A stretch of 64,000 nucleotides of DNA from Phoronis australis (lineage: Eukaryota; Animalia; Phoronida): positions 382,268-446,267 of the forward strand of contig NMRA01000220.1 in the NCBI GenBank assembly GCA_002633005.1, read 5' to 3'. Position 1 is the stretch's first letter. Every line of letters begins with the position of its first letter. The notes beneath the pieces are model-generated. The model worked only from the letters and a program-made list of their open reading frames with translations. It did no database searches and was not told the DNA's origin. Position numbers and translations under genes: made by a program. Below are positions 38,118 to 53,700 of this stretch, one piece after another.

Positions 38118-38765
38118 CAGTATCGTTTGACGAACCATTCTCAGTCATTACAGCAACACACCTTCGCATGCTGTTTACTAGCCTGGCGACGCTATGGCAT
38201 TCCACTCCTGAGTCAGCCACAGTGGTTGTGTTGGTCATTCGAGCACGCACAGCCCGTCCGAGTAGGTCGCACACAGGTGTTCGATAGGGTTCAAGTCTGG
38301 GCTGCATGCGGGCCATTCCATTCAACCGCGTGGCGCAGATGGTCTGTCACGCGCCTGGCTCGGTGGGGGGGGGAGCATCGTTGATCGAGTAGGTATTGCC
38401 ACTGGCTACAGGATGTCGTCTCGTTACTTTACTGCATTAAGGTTGCCATCAATGGTGACGAGCCTTGTTCTGCCAGTGGTGGATATGCCAGCCCACACAA
38501 TTACATTGTCACCACCAAAGGCTAGATGTTGCACAATCCGTGCAACAATCTAGCAGTTGCTCAGGCACGTCGCATCCTAATTTGACCCGGCCGTCCACCT
38601 TTCGCAGATAGGACCTGGACTCATTACTGAACATGACATTCAGCTTCATGTTTTGGTTCCACCGTTAGAGTTGCTGACACCAGCACAAATTAGGTGCCCG
38701 ACTGTGAGCGACAGTCATTGCGGGTTTCCTGGCCGGTGTACGCGGTCGGAGATTGGCTGAGTAAC
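38118..38765 (-). pseudogene. Tc1-like DDE transposase remnant
   Basis: NVMFSNESR..DGRVK, FGGDNVIVWAGISTTGRTRLVTIDGNLNA, HRARRVTDHL, WPACSPDLNPIEHL, RLVNSMRRC, with stops and frameshifts. Confidence 0.85.
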
Positions 38766-41640
38766 AGCCTAGTTCCTCATTAATTCTGTTGAGTGTGCAG
38801 TATAATTGGACCTATTCATGCGCGCAAGTATGATGGGGAGATCGAGCCCCCTGCTCGAGCTGCCCATATTTGGCGAAGTAGGCAAAAAGGGTCCTCCTCG
38901 GGGAAACAGTGAGTCCGAAAAAGTAGAAAACGAGACAAAAGTACACAAAAAGGCAGGAACAAACAAAATTTGGCAAACGGCGGTACTCCGTTTTTAAGTT
39001 AGTCAAGGTCCCGTTTCTCAAAAATTCCAGCCCACCAATTTTTAGGCTGGGTGCACGCACGCAATTGTACCAAACCACCAAGCAGCAGTTGGATTTTGAG
39101 GCAAGTCAGTCCTACAATAACAATTCTTGGCATGGACTCTAGGAAACACTTAGTTTATTGGGGATGGCCAGCGGCCGTTATATAGCAAACAGAAATGGCG
39201 GCATATGAGACCAGTGATAAGGGAAATTAAATGAAATCCCAGCGTGAGTCGTAAAGGGCCTAATTCGATTTTCGTTTTTAGCCATCTCAACGGGCGAAAT
39301 GCAGTCAATTACAAGTATACCCAGCAAAAATAAGGGACCCGACTCCTACGCACAGGCAGGGACACCTCGAGAATTGTGTCAACGGCTAAGGAGTGAACAT
39401 TGTTGCATCACTGGGAAAGGGGCGGGGGAGGGTGGGGGAGGAAAAGCTGTGATTACGGACACCCGACTTTTTACAGCTCAGATGAACCCGTCCTTGGGCA
39501 ATATCGTACTATACTAATTAACCTATGATTTTCATAAGGGAAAAATCTATCTCAGGGCTTGCCTTGCGGCCCAATCCCAGTAGTGCATTGTAAACTCGTT
39601 TCGGCCGGCATGACATGTCTTATCCATTCATCGGTAGGAAAAGATATTGAAAGTGGCATACACTGCAAATTTATCGCAAGCTCCACCCCCTTGCAAAATG
39701 TCAACAAGCAAACAATAAGTTTTACCCGGCAACGTGCTGTTTGTTGGGTAAAATGGCGGCTAGGAAACGAAGGTATGTAAAGAATGCTGCATTCCAATTT
39801 ATCATTCAAGCCGTCACGCAAAATCCTGGCGATAGGTCAAACAAAGAACCAAAACCCGACGCATCTACTCTGGTGGCTAATTGTTTGTGGTATTTGTTCG
39901 CCTAAAAATGACCCTAACATAACTTCGCACCAGGAATTCAATTTCAGAAACAAAACAGATAGAAAAAATTACCAGTCCTGTTGGTCTGAGATATTTAGCT
40001 AATGTGTTATCGCGTGCAGCCATCGCTACTGGGGTAATTGCTCTACTCTGCAAAATAGGACCTCAGATCAGATTCCCTAATAAACAGTGAGGCTACTTGA
40101 GGACAATGATGGGGAACGCACAGATCTATTAACCATGTACATGGTGTTATCTGACCTTCTTCCAACTTTCAACAACTTAGTTGAAGCCACAAAATTATAA
40201 CCACACAATGATGAGGCAACAATTGAATGTATTTAAATGTCACATGCACAGGAAGCAAACCTGTGAGGGCTCAGTTAGCAGGCGTAGAATACAATCGACA
40301 CTCCAAATTTCTTGCCATCTCATGAGAACCAAAAGCTAATTAATGTCAGTTATGACGGCAGAATTGAAAACAACTGCAAAACGCCCTGGGCATACTTGAC
40401 AGCATTAAGGTACCATAGAATATTGTCAAACAATATTATAACAAATGCAATTTCACGGAAAAAGACAACAAAAACAAATTCACATAATTATCTATAAATA
40501 ATCCAGTGCCACACTCAAAAAGGATACTAACCCCTCTTTTGACAGTTTCAACCAATCCTCGCTGTGCNCCCCCCCCCCCCGCTGTGACCTCTCACTTGAG
40601 TGACAAAAACATGCAGCTTTGTAAACCTGTAGTTTTATGGCACACATCTAAAGTAAGTCTCCCAAATAGTCGACATCCTGCACTAGTTTCTCGTTTCTAT
40701 CCTTAACTAAAAACTAGGTTAAACTAAGTCTAGTAAGTCACCTTAGCATTTACAATGCTGTCAACTGGCATATATACTAAACACAATTACTAGTTATGGT
40801 GCACATGATTTTATCACTTGAAGTGTAAATATAAGGTCACTCTGAAACCAACTCTCTTCTTCAGTGCTTCTTGAATAGCACAGCACTCAACTGGCAGCAC
40901 TTATCTGTATAATGTCATGATTAATTTTCTTAACTTACCTTCATTGCCCTAAATAAATTTATGGTTACATGGCGAGACAAGTAATATATATTACATATGC
41001 ACTGGAAACTGAAGACAATTCATTAGTAGATGTTATAATTTAAAGTATCAGGTCCCTGCTCAACCTTAAGATAAAGCTACTTTTGACAGAAGCTTCAACA
41101 TGGTCTAAACTATACATAGCTATTAATCTCAATGAAATTATTTTTCGTTTGTAGGCAGACATTGAAAAAATCCAACATATCAGGCAGGACGTTTCAACTT
41201 AACACAAAGGTTAATTGTCATAATAACAGTTGCTGCCATACAAACCAAATTAAGACATCTGCTGGTTTATATGGCTGACATAGGCATTTAATATGACAAC
41301 AAAACCTAAAAATCTATAAAGTAACACAACTGGGTCAACATTTGGAACTTAAAAATTCAGTTTCAGTGAATACTGTAAGCCCAGTTTCACATGACAGAAA
41401 GCAGCACCACCTGTTGATCATCATTCAAAGAGGTCATAATGCTGACCTTTACCTCCAATCACAACAGATGACGACATTTAAGAGCCGCCTATAACAATTA
41501 TAAAGACCTGTTAAGAAATGATGCAGGTTGTATCAGTTCTTAAAGTGAATCTGTGTTCACCATATGTAAAAGTTCATTCCACAAGTTCAAAGTCCTCCAA
41601 TTAAAATGGGTCATCTTGGCGAACTTTCACCTGAGCTGTC

Positions 41641-41733
41641 TCAGGGTTCAGCAGCATCTCTCAACAGTGGAGTTTGTTCATCTAAATTCCTGTTCACAAC
41701 AGTTTCTTCTACTTGACCCGAGTTGGTTTTAGC
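41641..41733 (-). CDS. SCARB2: SCARB2-like coding exon 13 (cytoplasmic tail)
   Basis: AKTNSGQVEETVVNRNLDEQTPLLRDAAEP*. Confidence 0.85.
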   Translation of the reverse strand, partial: AKTNSGQVEETVVNRNLDEQTPLLRDAAEP

Positions 41734-44700
41734 CTATAACATAACACCATTGGTTTAAACTGCAAATCATACAAACAGGCAGTGTTATACAGGATTCATA
41801 GTCGACAATGAAAAACGCCATGATGTTCTTTTACGTGCTTGTCAAGGCAAACATTTTTCATTCCAACATTATTAATGCAACCTCCCTAACATAATGCTAG
41901 AAATGTCCGTGGGACAACAGTTAGTCATCAGCAATTAACCTTGACTATGAAAAGGATATTCAATTAGTACGTAACAACTGAACCCCAGTTGTTTCTATGC
42001 AAGTCCGACAGTCACTGCAGTGATGGCGGGTCAAATTATAACCACATATGAGCACTTTCAACCGCAGTTAATAATGATTGGGGCTATTTCTCCTGTAAAC
42101 ATTAATACCAATTGGAGGTGATAAGGATCAATTTATAGTAATCTTTTGAATGTCTCCAATGTCAGTGGTGCACCTGGAAGGCATATATACACATTCCAGT
42201 CTCAGTCAGAGGGCTTATGTTATCAATAGAGTAATTCTATTCACTGTTACATCCATTAAAGGAATGTTATCTACAAACTTCATGAACATACATCCAAGGG
42301 TTTTGGAGATAGAACATCGAACACCGCATGGACAGACAGGGGTGACCCCAAAATGTACTCATATATAAATTATGGGCACATAAAAAGGCCGATTGGCTAG
42401 CTATAACTTTGACAAACTATTGCTGGTATTCATTTACACCTGAGACAATTGAAGGCTAAAGGTTGAAAAAATTTGATTACTTGCAAAGTAACATAATTTC
42501 TAAAACTAATACTGGTATACGTAATCTGTCCAACATCTAACCTATTTACGTTTTGGTCTATTATTTCACTGGTCATCTTCAGATGTTACAAATAAATGCA
42601 ATAGAATTTGATGTAAATAAAACAAATTTTAGAAATTAATTTACTGGATTTAACTACCTCAACGTGGCTTAAAGGAGTTACTCTGAACATGCTCATTTTA
42701 AAAGTCTTAATGGAAAAGACACAAGACAGTAACTCACTTTGAAGTTGAAGACACACAGTCCATATCCCAGGGCTATGATGAGCAATACACCAGCCAGGGC
42801 AATCAAGACAAAGGGAACAATCCGAGTGACCATCAGCGGTACCTGCACACTGCTCTTGAATTTGTTCGCATCCTTGTCATCAACAACAAAGTTCTGCAAT
42901 CAAAACAGTAATGAGATTAATAATTTGCGACAATTTTCTATTTCACAAATCCAACACAATTACTAAGTTCCTCGTGAACTAAAAATGACAACTAGTACAG
43001 AGCACATCTCAACAAGTATAGCAAACCTTGGATAGAATCTCCCACTTACTGCAGCAATATGAAGTCTATATGACGTCTGACTCAATAAATGCAAAACAAC
43101 AATCCACCCATTTTTTGTTTTCTTTCAAAAGGTTTCAAATACTACCTGCCGAGTGAGTGATAAACCTGGGGTGTGCAAATTTAAAAACTAGTTGCCACAT
43201 TGCACGTTTTCACAAAGTGCCATTGATGGCAAAAGAGTGAACAAAAAATTATCATTGAAGTAATGTCTACAGTACTGTTGTGTAACATTTAATCACAAAC
43301 TTCAAACAAGGTTTTTTGTTGGTACACATATATCTTAGAAAAATCACTAAGATTACACTCTGGGTCTTTCATTTCAAAGTCCTTGACTGGACCTGTACTT
43401 TTGCCAAGTGTTCAATTTCAAAACAGTAACTTTAGAAAAAGGAGAGGGCCCATGTTTACAGGAAAAATGTAACCGTGACTACTGTTTCTAGAAATTACAT
43501 CTTTTCATAGTAAAGGGTGCTCTCTTGTGGGGACACATTCTTGGAGAGTCTGGGAAATTTTCACCTTGCTCCGGCACTGCAAGCAATAGCAAGCTGTCCA
43601 ATCAGATGTTTAAGCCAGTTTCAAAATCATGGAAAATGGACTGGTCTACATCAAAGTTTTTTTGCAGGGAAGATGGGACCATAGCGTAAACACAAAAAAG
43701 ACTAAAAACAAATTTATTTAGGACAACTTACCTCATCAGCATACAAGATAGGGAAATACACCGGCTTGACATTCTCCAGGTTACTGAAACAAGAAACACT
43801 GACCGTGTTACAAGAAGTTGTAAGAAACTCAATTAACAATGAACGTATGCCTGAGGGCAATGACCAATGAAAATGTGTCATAGCTTCTACATAATGCAAA
43901 GCGTTGTATTGAGAAACTGTAGTGAATTACATAATGCAAATGAAATGTGGATGCATCTTATGGCAGTGAACACTGTTGCTGGTAGCTTTAATACATCACA
44001 GATCACACCGACAATCTTACTTGTTGGCTAACATCCTTACTTCACACAATTGTTGTCTCTCAACAATTCTTCAGTTATTTCAAAAAAAATTAAAAATTGA
44101 CAGTTTTCCTATTAGTCAAAGTCTGACAACCTTGTTTAGAAAGAATCAAAAATTTTTACATGTGTTCTATGTGTATAACTTACATCTATACTGGTCTGTG
44201 AAACCATGATGGTAATGGAAATTTCAAACAAAAATTTCACTGGCTCATTTTGTTAGAAATTTGACAGCATTATATTACACTTGTTTGCAACATTATAGTA
44301 ACCCCACTGTAGTGTGAAGAGCATTGAGAAGTCTGGCAGATTCAGCGGAGATATATCTCTTATCTTTGGAACTACATTCTACACCCTAACCAAACTTACC
44401 CAAGCTGAGCCAACAGCAATCAAAACTTGCCTGCATGATGCCCAAATGATTAACAGGTTTGCAGTGTTTCTATGTTATATTATCAAGTAAAAAGAACTAA
44501 AATTAGATTTCGCTACCTGAAGATTTCGTGCGGTTCCAAGAATGTGTTGATCTGAAGTCTCTTTATGGCTTTCATGACAAGGCCGGTATCCTGAAAGAAT
44601 TGTAATTGTTGTTAATCACTGCTATAGCACTCATAAAAGAAAGACAACCACATGTGTTATATCAAGAGTTCTATCAAATGAATTTTGCGTTAGGTATACA

Positions 44701-47700
44701 CAAATAAATTACCTTGTTTAGCAGGATTTTTAATACCATTTAATATTACATTAACTGCAGCACATAACAAGTACGGCCGTAACTCTTCACTTATTTAGAA
44801 CACGATCTGGTCAAAAAGAAGAATCGTATTTTGTCAAAATTTCTCCACAAAATTAAAGAATATTATTAAGAACATTTCAGTCTATTACAAGCATTGGTTT
44901 TACTGTGTAGATGTCATAAAACAATATTTGCTAAAGTTTCCATTATCCGCAAAAAAGTTATTCAAAAACGAAAATTGGAAAAATGACCGTTTTGGCAATT
45001 ACTTTTGACTGTGTAAAAGAAGTGGAGAACTACCATTACTAAAATGAGAATTAAGCAAAACAAGACTATTGCTAACTCTTAAAAGTTTGGATCAAATTTA
45101 AAAACACTACAAAATTTGCTAAATCGATAATATAAATGGTGACCAATTTCCCAATGGGGGAAGGCGATGCAATTTGTGCTGAAGGTGCCTTTTTGGTCAT
45201 GTTGCCTCCACCGATAATTACTTCTTGATGGATTTTGTCCTACATTACACCATAGACTATGTTACATGGACCGCCAACTCCATATATTTTCAATGGATGA
45301 AATCTATGATCTTGCGCAAAAGCCCTGACGTCATTATTCATTAGCGACACCAGGCAAAATTAGCAAGTTTTACTTCCAGCAAGTACGTTGTCTGCTAATC
45401 ATGGTTGGCTGTTTGTGGACTCGGGTGCCAAAAGTACTCACAATACCAACAATTCTACTATTGGAAGAATCTGAACAGCGTTTCAGTGCCGAAATTATTG
45501 TTTTTCGTTGTACTGAGATGTGATAATTTCCCGTCACAATACACCAACCAGAAACTGAAATTGGTAATTTAGGAGAGTGGCACCTCCTCTAAGATGATAC
45601 GAAAGAAAATGTCAGAGAGGCAAATCTGTTCTCTATAATCTATGATTACACATAGTGAAGTAATGGCAGTTAAATGATGTACACACTGGTTGAATGTCTA
45701 TCTCTGTGCGGTGTTCAGTTGCATTCGGATGCATGCCATCAACTGCATCTACAAGACTCTGGTTGCCTTGATAGAAATGCGGCTGGGAGATATACACAGG
45801 CAGTGGGAATCCATCCTCTGCAAATGATAAATGTATAAGAGAAGCTATGTACCTGATCCATTAACTAAAACTATCTACTAACAAAAGTTTGATGAGCTTC
45901 AAAATAAATTACCATGCAATTGGTGATGTTCAGCCTAACAGCAAGTCACATTTAGCAACCAGGCATAGAAATCCCAGGTCACAAAATGAAGCCTGATGTC
46001 ACCACAAACTGTAAATGCCATGTCATCGAATGAAATCCAAGGTTGTCAGTTCGACGTAAAATTCGTCAGACTAAAAAAGGTGCCCGCAGTACCTTACGAG
46101 CACCCAATTTTTGACAAACAATTCCGATTTACATCTGTTTACTTCCCGTTCTAATTTAAGCGCATGCTTGAAACCAAAGGTATTAATTCTAGAAAAACTG
46201 TCATTTAAAGTTCGCACGTCAACAAAAACTTTGAAATGAATTTCAGGGAATTATTGTCTGACTTCGATACTTGCAGTGGTGACTTGCGATTTTCTCAGGT
46301 CGCCAAAAACAATCTGAGGTCGCAATGGTGACCTGCAGGTCACCAAATCAAGCACTGCAATACATGGCCAAGGGCAAATAGTTAACGCTTAAAGAAATGT
46401 TAAGCAACATAAAAGCTAGCTGTACTAAACCTGTGCTTTCTTGTTGTGGACAATTACCAGTCTGAGAGTTACTTGAAATTTTATGAGTTTGGTTTGAAGA
46501 AAAAACAAATTGTCAGTTCTTGCTGAATCTAGAAATCACTTCAAAACCAGGCGAGGAACAAAGTAAGGTCGTTCTGGTAAGTGGCTATCAAAAATTGGGT
46601 TTTTGCACAGAGAGCACCGGTTTAATGCCACTTCAACATTATACAAATCTTGCTTTTTTCCTGATTTTAGCCACAATTTTATGTAACGCTATGTTAAGTT
46701 CAAGTTACTTTCGAGGAAATACAGTGTAAGCTAGTATAACCAATTAGGTGAGTTCTCAAATATTCACTTCACCATAAAAACTGTCAGTGAGAGTTAATTT
46801 CATGGCAGTTCTAACTTTCAAAGACTTAAGAACCACATGCCTTCCTTACGACCACCAACTTCCATTGAATGCAAGTCCAATGTTTTTGCTGGGTTTTGTC
46901 GCGGAATGTGTTATTGTGTTTTTGTTTCATTCAGTTTAGCCATCGTATTTCATAACTTCCTATTGTTATTGATCACCACTTTACTAAAGCAGAAGATGAG
47001 TAATACTTCCTGTTTCTAGACCTGTTTGTTTGTCAGCATAGTGCATCCTTTGTTTGTTCATCTTATTTGATTGCTTAATTCGTGTTTCTCTAGTCTCTAA
47101 TATATATATTACTTTCACTTATATTTCATGTAGTAGCTTCAGCATGAGTTGATTAGTATTTGTTTTACCGCAATGACAGTTGTTCTCCTCATGTAACTTT
47201 TGCAGTCTTCAATATACTAGTCAAGATTCATTTCTTGTTCTGTTCCAACAAACCACCTCGTACACAGTCGAACCACATTTTTCCATGTACCCCACAGGTT
47301 TTGACCTCCCGCTACTTGGATAGAATGATTGATAACGTTTTAGTTCCTGCACGCTTTCAATATAATTTCCTTGATTACGTGTAGAAAAGCAAGGCTGCAG
47401 TGACTTACAAAAAATCAGTAAGTATTAGGCCCTTTCCTCAGGTCGAGAACTGCTCGGAAGATTGATGGATGGGTAAAAAAATTGTGGTATGACTAAAAAA
47501 ACTACCAGCATTTACTAAGTAAACAAAAACACTGGAATCATGACAATTTAGAAACAAACAATATAATAAAAACATACTAACCAAATTGGCACACAGAAAT
47601 GTCCAGTAGACCAGACGGGATGCAGTGACCCTTTGGCACACAGAATCCCATGTTGGAGGGGTTGGTATAACCACTGGCAAAAACTTCTGGTGTGCCCGAG

Positions 47701-50700
47701 AATCTCCACAGCGTGATTCCCTGGGGTGACGTGACATGGCCCGAGTAAAAACCGGGAACTGACCTACACAATGGAGTGTTTAGATCAGTTTAGTCTTTAG
47801 TTATAACTTTAATGTAAAGAAATGTAATCTTACACGAAGTCTAGATAATATCTTAGTGAATTTTCAGTTGATGTTGAACAAGTATCCACAGAATTTTAAT
47901 AAAAAGTGCAGGTGCACATTATCCATCCACTGTACATGTACAGCACACCTCGATTCACAGAGTTGCAATAATTGGACCAGGTCCTTTTTTACCAAGTATC
48001 ACCAGAGATTACTGTAAACAACTAGCTGTCACAATCCAAATAACTACATGTCCAGCATATACAAATTAGAAACAATTCTGAAAACAAATACATTGTGCAA
48101 ATTTTGGGAAAACGAAGCTCACCAAAAACTGCAACCCCTCCACAAGCAGATAAAATCAGCTAGGATATAACCATTTAATACCATGATAGTAAAGGAATGA
48201 GGAACCAGAATGTGCCAAGAATTTCCATTTACACATTAAGGACCATAAGGAGAGCGTTAAGTGCCTAGTATCCACATGTATCCACTAGTATCCATGACAG
48301 TGCAATTTATTCTGGAATACTTTGATCCTGAAAATCTGCAAAACATTCCGGAAATAATATTCAGAACCAAGACCAAGTTTCTCTTTTTAAAAAACTGAAA
48401 ATCAATTAAACAATATTCAAAATTGCATGGATGTCACAAAACATTATACTCAATGTTATTCTAGAATGTCTTGTTTTATAGACAAAAGCATAGTAACCCT
48501 GAGTTTTGGCAGAAAACCATTCACCTAGTAAATAGAGTAAAAAATAAAATTAACAAATCAACAAATTAAAATTAATATGTTTAACATGCAAAACTAGATA
48601 CGAGCAGGCACATTTTCTCAATTTACATTCACTTGAGGGACATACCCTGGTTTCGCCGAAAACCACATCTTTAACATTAGGGTCTTGAGGGGTGCAAGTG
48701 CTTGACTACAAAATAGCTTAATTGAACACACATGATTTATGACTGTCATCAAATTTGATTTTAGCGTCACTGCTTGATCAGCAGGCTTTTGTATTTAGTT
48801 ATTCAACTGAGAGGTTGGTAGCACCCCGGGTGGACTGGTATAGATTGGGGCACAAGGTTTTCTCCTACACCTACTGTATACACCGGCAAAGCTATAAAAT
48901 AATAAAATAATTGCAAACGGTCTGGTACACATTGCAGCAGAGGAGCACAGTCAAAGCAGATGGGCTCATTACTCTGATCACTAGGAACCGCTTTTATGCT
49001 CTATTACTAATACTATATAAACAATGATCTGCGAAGCTAGAGTCACAACTTAGGGTCTATCAGTGTGTATCAGTGGTAATGGAACCCTATCAGTGTGTAT
49101 CAGTGGTAATGGAACCCTATCAGTGTGTATCAGTGGTAATGGAACCCTATCAGTGTGTATCAGTGGTAATGGAACCCTATCAGTGTGTATCAGTGGTAAT
49201 GGAACCCTATCAGTGTGTATCAGTGNTCCGTACAGCCAAGTCCAGAATAATATGCCTTGCGCCTGTGGATTCCTTTACAGAGTGGTTTCTCAGGTACACA
49301 CACGAGGGCGCTTTTGAGGTTGATGACTTTTTGGAAAACCCATGGAGGAATAGAACAGCTTAATAGAGAGCTGTTTTTCATAATTGTAACTATTAACGAT
49401 AGTGGCACCATACAAATTTCTCTTTCAGCAGTATTTACATTGGGTTTACAAACAGAATGAAGCAGGCATAAAACAGACATCTAAGTGCTTTTTTTGGCAA
49501 TATCAGAAATTAAAGCAAACATTTCCTGTATAAAAGTCTACGCTGGTGTTACTCTTACCGACATATTTCAGTAGAAAACGAGTACAAAACATCATCTGTC
49601 GTTACAAATGGGTGACACAAAGTTCCATCTGAAATTGAGGAAAGAATTATGAGTGAAGTATAAGTACACAACAATTCAAAATCCAACAAAAATACTTTTG
49701 TACATGTGACAAAAAATGGCTAGATTAACAAACCTGGGCCCATTACAAGAATGACTTAGCTAACTAGACAAATCTTAAAATTAAGTCAATTTTAATATAA
49801 AACTCCAATATGTATTAGGTCCCTTCCAAAAAGGTGATCTTTAAAGTTTGATGTCAGTTTTGGATTTAAGTTCAACTTACTTCTACCGGATGTGGAACTT
49901 AAAAAGTTTAGAAAATAAGACAAATCCTTAACTTAAATCAAAAAATTAAATTAAGTCAGTTTCATGGAACTTGTCCTCTAGCTCTTGGACAAAATAGCAT
50001 TATTTGGGAATTAATTTAGACATCACAGGTTGATAAAAACGATCATCAGGTTAAAAAATTTCATGTTTGAAAATATTTCTGCCTCAACCGCAGCTTAGAA
50101 AATCAAAGGGTACTGACTGATTTTTAGTTCACTTAAAAAACAAATCACTATCGCACAATGAAGTACCATAATGCTAAACTCCATTCAAAATGTGTTGTTC
50201 CTTATTGTACAGCACCATAACTTGATAATATATGAAAAATTTAATTCAGGGTAAACAACAGTAAAAGTACTTGACCATACATCGAAATCTGAATTCACTG
50301 AACGACAAAGTCGGAAAGTTTATTTCCTGTAATAAGGAACCTGGCCTACGATGTAAATAAAAAAATAAAATGGCGAAATATTGACAGAGGGAAAAAATCC
50401 TTAATTTTACTAGTCGTATCAAGTAATTTGGACAAATGAGTGACTATACGCTATCATTAAAAATGTAAATATATAACTACATGATGATTAACAGATACGA
50501 AATTAAAAAAGGGCTTTCTTTTAATAAGAGCTGGTGAAGTTTTTATTTTTACAACAAATTCAGGGTTCTAAATTGGAAATCGGAATTCAAAACTAAAAAA
50601 GTCTAAACCCTATTTACACTTTAACTATAGATCACTTATTTGTCTTATGAAGAAAATAATAGTTGGTCAAAATTTAGGAACAACCTCAAAACCTTGTTAT

Positions 50701-53700
50701 AATATTTTGGGAAAGTTGATGAACAGCAACAGGGAAAAGATCAACTTTCTTACCATAACCACATCTCCATGATGTATCAAGGAAGTGCTTTGACTGCACT
50801 AAAAATGCTTTCATCTGTTGAAGAAATACTAAGCGACTGACGAGCAGGCGACATTATGGTTGGTGAGACCCCCAAATTTGGGTTCTATTACCAAGCAGAA
50901 ATTTTTACTACAGTTAACCCAAACTATACTACAACACAGATTTTTACTAAAAACTTAATTTACCTGTGCCAACAATAGCGTTTGCCTCTTTAGAGAACCA
51001 ATAAGGAAGCTCCCTGCAAAGCAAGAGTTCAATAAGTGCAAAATTAGAAGAAGTTGACTACCATAACGAGACCGCATGTCTCTTCCTCAAATAATGGTAA
51101 AATGAGCATTGTGGAAGCGAAATATACATTGAAATAAGCCTTGACAGCAGGCAGAATGGCAATACAAGCAGATCCAAAGTGTGGTAACACATAGTGTTGA
51201 ACATTCTCACTTGATGGAAACCCGTTTGTCAAATTTCATGAAAATCCATCAAAAACCAGTGAAAATACAGAGGAAAGTATAAAATAAAAATTGCCACTAG
51301 GAGGCTCAGAGGCCATCAGATCAGTCCATTAACTGTCTTGTCATCTACTGGCTGCAGCTTCTTTAAATTAAGAGAAATATCTGGAAAATCCCATTAAGAT
51401 CCTACAAAGGGTTTAGGAGATGGAGCAGGGGACGCTGGATACTCAGAGATGACATATTTATATGTGGGCACAATGACAACAAGGTGGCGCAGAAAAAATA
51501 AAAATCCAATCAAAAACCAGAGGGTACCTATGTCTCCTCAATTGAAAATTATTGGACAAACTTATTAAAATCCATCAAACAATTTGAAGACAGAGTCTAA
51601 TTTCTCTGAAAATCAACCGTTTTTCTCCATTTAAAGTGTTTTGGTGATAGTATTTCATAAAAAAACATAATCTTTACGACATTTGTTGAAAGTTGTTTGG
51701 AAATAGTATATTTAAATATCAACTACCGTCCGATGACGCTACTGTTTACGTCAAGTAACATCCGTAGGATTACATTGAGCTTATCAGACTAACACAGACA
51801 ATGAGATCACTGGACTATGTGAACATTAGTTTGCAACATTTCTCTCCTTGCTATATAACAGTTAAACTGATAACACAGCTGCATCCCAAGTTCCTGATCA
51901 GCGAAATTAGGAAATTCACCCCAGTGCAGGAGCGTACCATGGTACTGTCCGAGGAAATCACATTGTGTCATCAATGGTTGCAACTAACCTAAAGTTAAAA
52001 AACTGACAGAGATTTGGTACGTTACCTGGACCCATTGTATTTATCTACAACGCCCAACAACATGGTGTTTGGTATGTTACCTGGACCCATTGTATTTATC
52101 CACAACTCCCAACAACGTGGTGTTTGTTTCACCAGTGAATACTGTATAAATGCCATCAGTAGTGTCATTTTTCTACAATTAGAATATTAATAACATGTTA
52201 CAAAATTTATATTTCATGGTAATAACTATATGCAGAGGCAAGCCACTGACAAACTTAGTTGGCATTTATATTTTCACTAAATTTGTACTGAGACATTTAG
52301 TGCTTAATGCACAATCTTTAATCATAGGTGCAGTTAACAACAGAGTTATGATTTTCCATTTTGGGACAGAGATATGACAGGGGGTGACAGTCTTTTGTAT
52401 TATTCTATCTATGAACCTGGGCAGTCAATATGTCTGCATTGCACAATATTCAATGCTCGTTTTGGACCAGCTAAAAGACCCCCAGTGCCAAGCTTGAATA
52501 AAAACGCATAATCAAAGAAACATTTTTCATCATTCCCTGACCGTTGCATCCAGTACAGCAAATTGTGTGAATGAAGCATCTTCAAGAACACTTCATCAAT
52601 ACAAGGACCAATGGTTGCATTCAATAGTGAGTCAGTCATGCTCAAAGGAAGTGGATACAAAAACACTTGGGCCTTCTGTTGGTCTGTCGATATCACGTGA
52701 ATATTGTTTCATGAATTAGTTAACAAGGGACCAATGACGTTGAAATGTCTTTGTGACATAAACAGAAATTTGACTGTGATTCTGATTAGATAACACAAAA
52801 AATTTGACTGTAACAAGTTCTGTTGGTCAGCTGAGTGTTGAAGATTTTTATCACCATCTGCAATACAGGTTCAAGCCCTGGTCGCGGGCAGAAACCTGTT
52901 CAGACTTATATTCATTAGGACACGTGATGTGGCCAACAGGCATGACGTGACCTCAACTAGGCAAACACTTTCTACCATACAAACTTGTTTAGTAAAATAA
53001 CTTGGACAATGTCAAAATTAGACAACGGTTTCAGCCCACAAAGCTCAGCGACAGCCACTGTAAATTATTTCTCTCGACTAGAATTCGTTTCAATCCTGGC
53101 AATAGTCTGATATAACGTGCCTGTATTTTGAGAACCAGTTTGATGCCCATTATTCAGTGCAGAAAACTGGTTCTCAAAATTCGGGCACGTTGTATCGGAC
53201 CATTACCTCAGTTCTGGCTAAATCTAAACACAATCTCGATAGGTGTTACTTGCTTCATCCACATTGTCAAAAATGCGATGACTTAATGATCAAATCCAAA
53301 ATACATTACATAAACATTGTTGAACCCTTAAACAAATGTTCAGAAAAATGCTATTTTATAGTGACAAAGTACGGCAAAACTGACAAACAATTCTGGCAAG
53401 ACTTTTACCTAGGTTTGGTAGAGTGCGGCAGAATTCTGTCCAGTATATTTTGAACCCTACTAACTTTACATTAGGCTTACCCCAGCCATGGTGCCGACCA
53501 AATCTGTAGTGAACCAGCTGGGAGCTAACATAGAGGACAAGTTGAGTAATGGGTCATGGTAGCCCCAGACTATTTCTCGAATTGTCTTATTAATAAATAG
53601 ATCCTCCTTCTGCATAAGCATTTGTGTTGCAATCTTGACAAGATTTGGCTCATTCCTCATGGCATTGGCTACAGTCTGGAATTAGAAGTCAAAGAGATAT

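Noticed and set aside
49063-49363. Repetitive ORFs (CISGNGTLSV)n and (VMEPYQCVSV)n
   Set aside because: Open only because the 30-bp minisatellite unit lacks stops in those frames; intronic and antisense to SCARB2.
52825-52890. tRNA gene suggested by B-box-like GGTTCAAGCCC (similar motif at ~56231-56245, minus strand)
   Set aside because: No cloverleaf could be built; at most a decayed tRNA-derived SINE head.
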